From: Tubulanus polymorphus
Taxonomy: Eukaryota; Animalia; Nemertea
Direction: 5' to 3'
Assembly: GCF_964204645.1 (NCBI RefSeq)
Contig: NC_134027.1
Location: forward strand, 17,198,560 to 17,262,559
DNA: 64,000 nucleotides
The translations under genes and the position numbers were made by a program. Below, piece by piece: positions 27,286-37,360 of the stretch. Numbering within the stretch: the first letter of the stretch is position 1; each line of letters opens with the position of its first letter. The notes below the pieces were generated by a model. It was not told where the DNA came from. It saw only the letters and a list, made by a program, of their open reading frames with translations, and did not search any database.

Positions 27286-28749
27286 ATGGAAGAAGATATT
27301 CCATTGGATACTTTTAGTGACCCCCCTGGTATAAGTGATGAACCACAACCTGATTTTAATGAAACTAATATCGATGATGATGATCCATAATCATATAATT
27401 CTAATTTAGCAGATAGTGGTTCTGAAGGCCCATCAACAGATGAATTTGATAGAAGAAATAAATCGAGAATAAATCCTGAAAATGAAAATCCAGATTTAGT
27501 AAAACAAAATTTAGAATATAATGAATATATTTATAAATTCAAACCTGTATTTGAAAGATCTGGGTATAATATAAATGATAGAGGCGCCAGACTTTGAGTA
27601 ACAGAATTAAAATCTTTAGATGGTGAATATTATTATCATTTGAAAGATGATTATTATATTTAAATCACTTATAAAAATCAAAACAAAATATTAGCGGAAT
27701 CAACTTTGAGTAATTTAGAACCATCTAGAATTAAAAGAATAAGTAATAATAGTAATGAATATAATGAATAGTGAATAATGAATAGAAAATGTTACACAAG
27801 AAGAAATAAATTTAAAAAAAGAGTATTTAAAGAAAGAATTAATGACTTATTTGAAACAATCAATGATAATTTAGAACCAGGAAGAACTTCTGAACCGAAT
27901 ATAATTTCCAAAACTAGTAAACTTAAATCAAACGAAGTTCAAACTGAAAAACCTTTACCGAATGGATTACTTGATGCAACAGATCAAGAAATAGAAGCTT
28001 TAAGTATGTTTTCTGAAAAAACAATTAGAGAAATAATAAGTATACGAAATGAAGCCGATAAAATTGCGCGCGAAAAAAATATTAGATATAATAAAATTAA
28101 ACCTTTAGAAAATAAATTATTTGACACCGGAAAAGAATTAGAACAATTAAAATAAGATAGAGAATTTAAAGTTATTGAAGAAATCGAATTTAAAAAAAAG
28201 ATATGCATATTTAGAAAAAGAAATTGATGATTTAGAATATAACATAGAATTTCAGAAAGAAAAAATGAAATTATTATTAAAATCATATGATTATTGTATT
28301 AATAGATTAAAAGTTGTTGTTAAAAAGTAAAAAATAAAACGAAATTCTGAAATATCATTGAAAGACAGAATAAAATTATTATTTAAGTTTGGAGGTATAA
28401 CAATTCTTTCAATTCTAACAGCTGTATCTATGGTATTCACAACAATTGGTTTAGCTATATCAAATTCATTGAAATCTACACCAAATCGTAATAAACCGGA
28501 TAAACCCCCAAATGATAATAATTCTATAAAAGATAAAGTTAAGGATGTTTAAAAAATTAGCAAAATATTTATGGTAACTATCTAAAAAATCTGCTGCAGC
28601 ATTACCCGGTGATTGCATCAATTGTTGGTTTTATATTGAAATCTGAAGGAAACATTATTAACTTTGCTGCTGAACATATTATTTTATTTTTAATTACAGT
28701 TGTAAGTGCTATTATTTTTGCGTTAGTGAATATGATAAAAAGTAAATAA
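27286..28749 (+). pseudogene. Large acidic/coiled-coil protein with C-terminal hydrophobic helices
   Basis: ORF fragments at 27778 and 28358; LKDRIKLLFKFGGITILSILTAV...AAALP.VIASIVGFIL...AEHIILFLITVV. Confidence 0.65.
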
Positions 28750-28768
28750 TTAATTCTTTGTTAAATAA

Positions 28769-29965
28769 ATGAGTGGGAGTTATATAAATCCTTCTAAGAA
28801 TCATAGAATATCTAATGCTATTAAAGCAGAAAGATCTCATCATATAATTAACCATAACCCTTCTAATATTAATCCTGATGAAACTATATATGTTAGAATC
28901 CCTAGATTAACACAAAATACTTTTTATGTTCCAAATAGTATTGATTTATCAGCTGATATAAATGTAACTGGTAATAATAATAATTATGTTGTTGATTATG
29001 TTGGAAGATATTTGATTAAAAAATTTACTATAAAGATTGGCCCAGAAACAGTTTTCTCATTAGATGATAATTAGATAATTTATTTTTGCATTATTAAGAT
29101 TTATGTTTAACCAATCAGAAAACCAAAATAAATTAAGATCAGGAGCTAATGACGCAATAGTAACTCGTAACGCAGATAATTTGATCAAAAAGATTTATGG
29201 AAGCAAACATAAAATTCCATTAGATTTTGAATTGATAAATAATAATGCACCTTTATATAAATACGCAATTCAAGAAGATTTTATATTCGAAATAACATTT
29301 GCTCCTGTTAATGAAATTGTATTATCTAGCGTTGTTAAAGATATGGGTTATAAATTATCGAATATATGTTTAGAATATGACACAGTAACTGATGAAAATA
29401 TTTCAAGTATCATTCAAACTCAATACAATCAAGGATTTTCATTATTATATGATTATATTGATAAATGTAACTATTAATGCAAGTGATGAAATTATTAATG
29501 AGAATATTAACTTCCCAAGAAGATCTATTAAAGGTATATCAATATTTTTTACCATTGCAACATATTCTAATGGCGCAATACAGGTCGATAATTATTATAA
29601 TCCTGAAATAACAAAAGTAGAAATAACTATCGAAGGTATAGCAAATAAAATATTTTGAGAATGATAGATCAATGGCCCGAAATTAGAAAACATTTTACGA
29701 ATGAAAAAGTAAAATCATCTGAAAATTGTAATATTAATCAAATTGATAATTATACCGGTAATAAATATGCATTATGGTTAGATTTTAGAACAACAGAGGA
29801 TAACTTATTACATGGTTCTGGGAATAACTACAGAACACTAAAGATGGAATACAATTATTCATGACAAAGAATAAAGGAATCAAAAATTTTAAAATGCACA
29901 TTTATATTATATCTGACGCGCAATTAAATATTGTAAATTCTCAATTAAATAGTGTTATGTATTAG
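28769..29965 (+). pseudogene. Putative double-jelly-roll major capsid protein, frameshifted
   Basis: About 400 aa across four ORF pieces: HNPSNINPDETIYVRIP, VGRYLIKKFTIKI, IPLDFELI, LSNICLEYD, ENINFPRRSIKGI, YALWLDFRT..LHGSG. The beta-rich pattern, size and position fit the MCP of invertebrate Polinton-like elements. Confidence 0.7.
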
Positions 29966-29998
29966 AATTTAAATTTTAATAAAAAAAATTTATAATAA

Positions 29999-30453
29999 AT
30001 GGATGCTGATAAAGTATATAAACATATTCCATACATTGATAAACATGAAAATAATGATGGCTTATATTATGTAATACCTTGTAATATAGCTTTGATATTT
30101 GATCCTATTTTCAAAGATGATATTAAGAAGAAGCCTAGATCCGAGAAACAAATTAAATGGGCAAGGGAATTAGGTAAAAGATCTGCAGAATTAAAAAAAG
30201 CTAAGAAAAGAAATTAACTGATATAAATGAATCACCTGATATTAATTCAAATAACAATCCATCTGATTTTTCTAATAGTGGAAGAAATAATTACTTATAT
30301 ATTACAATTGGGTTAATCACAATTATTATATTCTTCGGTGTAATATATAAATGCAAATTCAATAATGATTCTGGTGATAAACCTATTATACCAGAAAATA
30401 AGTCAAATGAAAAAATCATTGAAACTAAATCTAAATTATTATTAATGGATTAA
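29999..30453 (+). pseudogene. Small basic/TM protein (KKPRSEKQIKWARELG ... TM ... MD*)
   Basis: ORF 29999-30217 plus a frameshifted continuation YLYITIGLITIIIFFGVIY; paralogue at 226-3831. Confidence 0.6.
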
Positions 30454-30459
30454 AATAAG

Positions 30460-31506
30460 ATGAAAAAAGAACAATATTTAAGAGATTTATATTTTAACCC
30501 AGAAAGTGAAGTATCATATTCTAGCGTTTCAGAATTATGGGATAAAATTAAATCTGATAATGAAAATATAGTGAACTAAGATTATGGTTACAAAATCAAC
30601 CAACATATCAAATCCATAAGAAAATGGATAAAAATTATTTAACAAGAAAAGTTATGGTTTCATATATCGATCAACAATGGCAAGCAGATTTGATTGACAT
30701 GAAGAATACAACAAAGGATATTTCTAGATATTAAATGTTATAGACATATTCAGTAGATACGCATGGTCAATTCCAATCAAAAATAAAACTGGTATAGAAG
30801 TAACAAATGCTTTTAAATCAATATTTAAAGAAGGATACAATTTGATGAAGGTAAGGAATTCTATAACAAACATTTTAAAAAACTATTATCTAATAACGAT
30901 GTAGAATATTTTTCAACACACTCAGATAAAAAAGCATCTATTATAGAAAGATTTGATAAAATATTGAAAACTAGAATGTGGAAATATTTTACTGCTAATG
31001 AAACATATAAATATATCGATGTGTTAGATGATTTAGTGAAAGGTTATAATAATTCTAAACATAGTTCTATAAATATGAAACCTATACAAGCTAAAAAAGA
31101 AGATAATTCAGAAATAGTTTGGAATAATTTATATGGTGCGTTTGTAACACATGATTTTGGTGAACCTAAATTTAAAATTGGACAACATGTTAGAATATCT
31201 AAATATAGAAAAGCTTTTCATAAAGGTTATACTCCAAATTTTACTGAAGAAATATTTAAGATTAAAAAGATAATATTAACTAAACCTTTTGTTTATAAAT
31301 TAGAAGATTTAAAAGATCAAGAAATATTAGGTTATTTCTATGAACAAGAATTATCACTTATACCAAATCCAGATGAAATAGAATACAAGATAGAAAAAGT
31401 ATTGAAAACCAAAACTCTTAAAGGAAAAAGTATTCTTTGGTGAAATATAAAGGGTATGATGATAAATTTGATGAATGGATTTTATCTAGTAAAATTAAAA
31501 GAATAA
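30460..31506 (+). pseudogene. Retroviral-like (RVE) integrase with C-terminal chromodomain, frameshifted
   Basis: QWQADLIDM, IDIFSRYAW, FDEGKEFYN, KASIIERF, KGYTPNFTEE, IEKVLK..LVKYKGYDDKFDEWI. Confidence 0.92.
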
Positions 31507-32131
31507 ATGAATAAAGGTTTATTTATATTTGAACCACATAATATGTTAGTTACTGGGGTAACAAACTGGTAAAACACATTTCATATTAGAAACTTGTTAG
31601 AGACTTGTTAGAAACTATTTATAAGAATCATTTTGATAATATAATATTATCCTGCCCCACTTATGAAATGAATAAAACATATAATAAGGATATAGTTAAG
31701 ATAAAAAAAAGTTTATTATATTAGATCCTAAAACAGTAAAAGAAAATTTAGATAATTGTATAAAAATAGCAATTGATATTTATAAAGAATCAAATACATT
31801 ATTCATTAAAGATGATTGCGCAAATTTACATGATTCAAAAGTGAGAGAAAGTGAGCTATGTTATCTAGCTTTCTCTGGGAGACATTTTGGGATAACAACA
31901 TGGGTTTTAAATCAAAAATATAATTCAATTGTTTAAGATTTTAGGGAGAATATTAGATTTTTAGTTTTATTTTATAACAAAGATAGAAAATCTATGCAAC
32001 AATCATTAGAAGAAAATCAAATTATACCTACTGAATTACATGATGAATATATGAATAAATCAAAGAATAATAAAGGTTCAAAATTACTTCTGAGGCTTCA
32101 ATTTCCATATGAATATAAATTTATAAAATAA
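31507..32131 (+). pseudogene. A32-like genome-packaging ATPase, frameshifted
   Basis: EPHNMLVTGVTNxGKT Walker A, Walker B region xxDD, SGRHFGITTWVLNQKY, FRENIRF. Confidence 0.85.
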
Positions 32132-32354
32132 GGTATTTTAAGTATTTATGTATTAGATACGTATTAGGGACGTAATAGATACCTTAATACTTAAAACCCC
32201 CTTTTTTAGAAATAAATATTATTTATACAATTTTCAACCAATTTATTTTTATTTTTTCAACTAATATATGAATAAGTTTGAAATTGATGAAGGTTATTTA
32301 TTATTACTGAGGTTTCAATATAAATTTAAAAAAAATAATATGATTTCACATATT

Positions 32355-32696
32355 TTATTCGAAATCTATTTCATGGTGCCCTTTTTCATTCTTACCTTTG
32401 TATATGGAATAGAAATCCCCTGAACATAATTCTTCTAAATCTTCACTTAATAATCTATGAAATCTATCTGGTAAATATGTTCTGAATTTATATGTATTTC
32501 CCTTTAATCCTTCATATTCTAAGTGGATAACTAATTTACTACCATATTTGTTAGTAACTGTATCAATATTTGTAATTAGATATTTCTTATGAATTGTTAA
32601 TTCTGTTAACTTTTTGAATTTATTATCTACAGATTTTACATTTGTAGTATCTTTTATTCTATCTAAGAATTCACTGTGTATTTGTTTACTCTTCAT
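32355..32696 (-). CDS. 113-aa TIR-embedded protein of unknown function (possibly OB-fold-like)
   Basis: Intact ORF with a TATAAATG start inside the right TIR; copy in the left TIR. Confidence 0.7.
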   Translation of the reverse strand: MKSKQIHSEFLDRIKDTTNVKSVDNKFKKLTELTIHKKYLITNIDTVTNKYGSKLVIHLEYEGLKGNTYKFRTYLPDRFHRLLSEDLEELCSGDFYSIYKGKNEKGHHEIDFE

Positions 32697-32759
32697 TTAT
32701 AATACAGATTTTAATTAAAATTGATTTTAGAAATTATTCATATATATGAATATTATAAG

Positions 32760-32911
32760 AGTAATAGGGAATAAGTTGTTCTAGATTAAAGGTTGAGAGG
32801 TTGAGTGATTAGAAAATGAAAAATAAATTCGAGTGTGCGAGAATTTATTTTTCATTTTTTATGAACTCGACCTTTCGACCTTTGATCTGGAACAACTTAT
32901 TCCCTATTACT
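32760..32911. other. Terminal fold-back hairpin (152 nt), right end of A
   Basis: The internal AGTAATAGGGAATAAG copy pairs with the terminal CTTATTCCCTATTACT. Confidence 0.9.
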
Positions 32912-32963
32912 AATCACCACTCGCCGTGTCGCGTACTCCCACTAACGGTATAAGACACGTCTT

Positions 32964-33035
32964 GTCCCGTGGCTGGGTGGTTAAGGTGTTTGACTCACAA
33001 CAGAGAGGTTGAGGGTTCGAATCCTAGTGAAACCA
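32964..33035 (+). mobile_element. tRNA-derived SINE head or tRNA pseudogene
   Basis: A box TGGCTGGGTGG and B box GGTTCGAATCC; poor acceptor-stem pairing. Confidence 0.6.
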
Positions 33036-33769
33036 TGCATTCAGGCAGGACGCATATAAGTAGTGCCGGCGCGCAACAATTGTTTTATTAATGAAACAAC
33101 ATGCTGGATGGTTGAAATCATTTTCGGCTTAAGTTTATCGCGAGTTTTAGGACTTCAACGAATTTCACGAAACCATGATTTCTAAAATGAGTCAATTGAT
33201 TAATTATATTCGTAAATCAATTCACGTTGGCTACATTTCATGAGGATTTTGGGCTCAAGTCAACGTGATATGGACAGAAATTGTAGGAATATTTCACACG
33301 GAATTTTACTTCCGCGTTCAGTTGACGACTCGGATCGATGACAACGACAGCGGAGTTTATGTATTTTAAGGTGAGAATCCGTTAACCAGGGAATGTATTA
33401 AATGATTTCTTTAATAATATGAGTATGGTAGCAAATGAGTACTCGGTAGTAATAGGGGTTTAGTTGTTTCATACCAAAGGTCGAGAGGTCGAGCTCATAA
33501 AAAATGAAAAATATGAAAATAATAACAATTTCTATTTGAATTAGTAGCGAAACTCATAAAAAAATGAAAAATAATTCTCGCACACTCGAATTTATTTTTC
33601 ATTTTATACTCGCTAAAAAAGTAACGAGTAATTAACGAGTTGTTAGAATTGATATTTTAAACATATTTCAATATTTATATTTGTATGTGTTAGATTTTTA
33701 AACATTAAAAGTGTGAGTAAAGTGGGATTGAAAAAATTCATATTTAAATCATTGAATATTTATATTTGA

Positions 33770-34727
33770 ATGAGTTTTAATAAAAATTTTGTTATAAAAG
33801 TGAAGAAAGAAGAAGAAGAACCCAAATTCAAAATCGAAATAAAAGAAACCAATAAATCATTTTCACAGTTTAACATTAAAAATTATATTTCAGCAACAAA
33901 TTTAGTGTCCGCAAGGTATTATAAAATTGAAAATATAACTGTAATTAATCAAATATTATCAAATGAAAAATATTTGATTACTGAACTAGTAGATACTTTT
34001 GATAATGGCGTTAAAAATCCTATCATGTTCAATACAGTTTTTAATTTTAAAGGAACTTTAGATGAAAACATAATTGATATTCTTAAAACTCCTTTTAACC
34101 CTTTCAGTGCGTCTACACCGCAGTGCGGTGTATAAATCAGTGATGGATTTTGCTAGAACACCGCACTGTGGTGTATTGATGTAATTAGTAATTTGTAATT
34201 ATCTCTATTGAAAAATGGCAGAAAGTGTCAAACATAGTGAAATACTAGTAACTAACGATACACCGCACTGCGGTGTAGACGCACTATAGTGGTATTCCCA
34301 TTGTTCAACACACTAGGGTGGAATTTTTTAGAATTTTCAAATTTTCTCCAGCACTATAGGGTATTAATTAGTCAGCACTGAAAGGGTTAATGAAAGAAAT
34401 GATGATTTAATACTTTCTTAAGATAACAATGATTTGATTAACTTAAGAATTGAAAAAAGACAATTATATTATTTCAATTTTGATAATAAACAAATTATCT
34501 ATAATGAAAATTCATCAAATATTGGTATTCAATGTGAATTAGATAATGAAAAATCATATAAAGATATTGGAATTCAATGTAATTTAGATGATGAAATTGT
34601 TGCGCCTAAATATAATCCTAATGAAAGCGTTTTATGTAATTGTAAAATGGAAAATATTATACTCGAAGCAATAAATCACACCATCTTAAATCAAAATATC
34701 ATAACACATATTAAAGATAAAAACTAA
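33770..34727 (+). pseudogene. Left-arm copy of the 214-aa ORF, disrupted by a piggyBac MITE
   Basis: ORFs 33770-34135 and 34434-34727 match 36716-37360. Confidence 0.85.
34099..34386. mobile_element. piggyBac-type MITE (288 bp)
   Basis: TTAA|CCCTTTCAGTGC...GCACTGAAAGGG|TTAA; absent from the homologous position in the right arm. Confidence 0.9.
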
Positions 34728-34809
34728 TAACATAACTGATGATTTAAAAACATTAAAACATCATTTTGATTTCAGTAACTATCCTAAAGATCATGAATTG
34801 TTTAGCATG

Positions 34810-35335
34810 AAATGATAAATTGTTTGACAGTTGAAATGATAAATTGTTTGACAGTTGAAATGATAAATTGTTTGACAGTTGAAATGATAAATTGTTTGAC
34901 AGTTGAAATGATAAATTGTTTGACAGTTGAAATGATAAATTTTTTGACAGTTGAAATGATAAATTGTTTGGCAGTTGAAATGATAAATTGTTTGACAGTT
35001 GAAATGTTAAATTGTTCGACTGTTAAAATGTTAAATTGTTTGACTGTTGAAATGATAAATTGTTTGACAGTTGAAATGATAAATTGTTTGGCAGTTGAAA
35101 TGTTAAATTGTTTGACTGTTGAAATGATAAATTGTTTGACAGTTGAAATGATAAATTGTTCGACTGTTAAAATGTTAAATTGTTTGACTGTTGAAATGAT
35201 AAATTGTTTGACAGTTGAAATGACAAATTGTTTGACAGTTGAAATGTTAAATTGTTCGACTGTTAAAATGTTAAATTGTTTGACTGTTGAAATGGTAAAT
35301 TGTTAGACTGTTGAAATGTCAAATTGTTTGGCTGT
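34810..35335 (+). repeat. 24-bp tandem array (AAATGATAAATTGTTTGACAGTTG), about 22 units
   Basis: Direct reading. Confidence 0.95.
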
Positions 35336-35721
35336 AAATTTAATTGTTATTTGATTTAATCATTTAAAAGTTTAATATTTTAAAAATGATTATAAAATAT
35401 TTAATTAAGAACTAGCAAATATGTTATAAACTGTTTTATTTTTCTCTTAAATAAATGGATGGTTTCATCCCAACTGGGAAAAATTGTATAAAATAAAAGT
35501 TAATAAAAAACGGTTTTAGGTATTAGGGTATCTAATAGGGTATCTGATACATAGGTAGGTATTAGGGTATCTAATAGGGTATCTAATAGGGTATCTAATA
35601 GGGTATTTAATACATTGATACCTCAATCCTCCTTTTTTAACATAAATATAATTTACTCATTTTCATACATTTCAACTAATATATTTTATATTTTCAGCTA
35701 ATTTAACAGTCGATTTCTTAT

Positions 35722-36036
35722 TTAAAATCTAAATAATTTTTCATCAAGTTCGTGAAGATACATGTGATTCCTTAATGATTTTTTATTTTTATATCTTTTA
35801 TTGCATATTTCACAGCATTTAATATTATTCAAATTATCTGAAGTATAATTAATATTTTCTATTAATTCAGTGTATCTAATTTTACAGCAATCATAGAATT
35901 CTAACAACTGTTTTATAGTATAAACTGAGAATGAAAATAAACCTGAAATCATAATAATTGATTTAATATTCTGTTGATTTTTATATATTAGATGTAATAT
36001 TTCTAATACCTTATTTTCACTCATTTTTATAGTCAA
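35722..36036 (-). CDS. Small protein with a hydrophobic segment and a C-terminal C2H2 zinc finger
   Basis: CEICNKRYKNKKSLRNHMYLH; lies in the unique core of element B. Confidence 0.55.
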   Translation of the reverse strand: MTIKMSENKVLEILHLIYKNQQNIKSIIMISGLFSFSVYTIKQLLEFYDCCKIRYTELIENINYTSDNLNNIKCCEICNKRYKNKKSLRNHMYLHELDEKLFRF

Positions 36037-36071
36037 AATATATAGAATAAATTAAATTAAAAGACGCTGTT

Positions 36072-36290
36072 TTAATCCTCCAAATCATTTAAATCATTAA
36101 CTTTTTTATTGTTATTTTTTCTGTGATTGTTTCCATTTAAATTCTTTAATTTCTTGCTCAATTTTATATTTTCATTAATCAAATCCTTACTGATATTTTC
36201 ATAATAAAAGAAAAGCGCAGCCAATATTAATCCTCCTGCTACTAAATAATGTTTCAAATCACTTTTCCTAGTTGGGATGAAACCATCCAT
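36072..36290 (-). CDS. 72-aa single-pass membrane protein
   Basis: TAAATAAATG start; YLVAGGLILAALFFYY TM segment then a coiled-coil-like tail; its 5' end is duplicated at 35456 in the left arm. Confidence 0.55.
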   Translation of the reverse strand: MDGFIPTRKSDLKHYLVAGGLILAALFFYYENISKDLINENIKLSKKLKNLNGNNHRKNNNKKVNDLNDLED

Positions 36291-36411
36291 TTATTTAAAA
36301 GAAAAATTAAACAGTTTATAAAATATTTGCTAGTTTTTAATCAAATATTTTATAATCATTTTTAAAATATTAAACTTTTAAATGATTAAATCAAATAACA
36401 ATTAAATTTAC

Positions 36412-36623
36412 AGCCAAACAATTTAACATTTCAACAGTCTAACAATTTAACATTTTAACAGTCGAACAATTTAACATTTCAACTGTCAAACAATTTATCA
36501 TTTCAACTGTCAAACAATTTATCATTTCAACAGTCAAACAATTTATCATTTCAACTGTCAAACAATTTATCATTTCAACTGCCAAACAATTTATCATTTC
36601 AACTGTCAAACAATTTATCTTTT
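36412..36623 (-). repeat. 24-bp tandem array, inverted, about 9 units
   Basis: Reverse complement of 34810-35335. Confidence 0.95.
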
Positions 36624-36715
36624 CATGCTAAACAATTCATGATCTTTAGGATAGTTACTGAAATCATGATGTTTTAATGTTTTTAAATCATCAGTTATGT
36701 TATTAGTTTTTATCT

Positions 36716-37360
36716 TTAATATGTGTTATGATATTTTGATTTAAGATGGTGTGATTTATTGCTTCGAGCATAATATTTTCCACAATTACATAAAACGCTT
36801 TCATTAGGATTATATTTAGGCGCAACAATTTCATCATCTAAATTACATTGAATTCCAATATCTTTATATGATTTTTCATTATCTAATTCACATTGAATAC
36901 CAATATTTGATGAATTTTCATTATAGATAATTTGTTTATTATCAAAATTGAAATAATATAATTGTCTTTTTTCAATTCTTAAGTTAATCAAATCATTGTA
37001 ATCTTTAGAAAGTATTAAATCATCATTTCTTTCATGAAAAGGAGTTTTAAGAACATTAATTATGTTTTCATCTAAAGTTCCTTTAAAATTAAAAACTGTA
37101 TTGAAAAGTTTAGGATTTTTAACGCCATTATCAAAAGGTTCTACTAGTTCAGTAATTAAATATGTTTCATTTGATAATATTTGATTAATTACAGTAATAT
37201 TTTCAATTTTATAATACCTTGCGGACACTAAATTTGTTGCTGAAATATAATTTTTAATGTTAAACTGTGAAAATGATTTATTGGTTTCTTTTATTTCGAT
37301 TTTGAATTTGGGTTCTTCTTCTTTCTTCATATTTATAACAAAATTTTTATTAAAACTCAC
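36716..37360 (-). CDS. 214-aa protein with two GIQC motifs and a C-terminal CxCG...H..S..H zinc finger (start codon GTG here, ATG in the left arm)
   Basis: Open ORF; SNIGIQCELD, KDIGIQCNLD, VLCNCGKYYARSNKSHHLKSKYH. Confidence 0.65.
   Translation of the reverse strand: MSFNKNFVINMKKEEEPKFKIEIKETNKSFSQFNIKNYISATNLVSARYYKIENITVINQILSNETYLITELVEPFDNGVKNPKLFNTVFNFKGTLDENIINVLKTPFHERNDDLILSKDYNDLINLRIEKRQLYYFNFDNKQIIYNENSSNIGIQCELDNEKSYKDIGIQCNLDDEIVAPKYNPNESVLCNCGKYYARSNKSHHLKSKYHNTY

Larger units (their letters stand above)
24038..32911 (+). mobile_element. Polinton/Maverick-type element A (8.9 kb): structural genes, integrase and ATPase, no pPolB
   Basis: TIRs of about 560 bp starting AGTAATAGGG and ending CCCTATTACT; 6-bp TSD AATCAC (24032-24037, 32912-32917); integrase, packaging ATPase and capsid-like ORFs. 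Confidence 0.93.

Noticed and set aside
32964-33035. Functional tRNA-Val gene
   Set aside because: A and B boxes are present but the stems pair poorly; a SINE head or pseudogene fits better.
34812-35306. ORFs of repeated MINCLTVE (also 56788-57099 and 57161-57532)
   Set aside because: They are translations of a stop-free 24-bp tandem repeat. Partial units break the frame and nothing supports coding.
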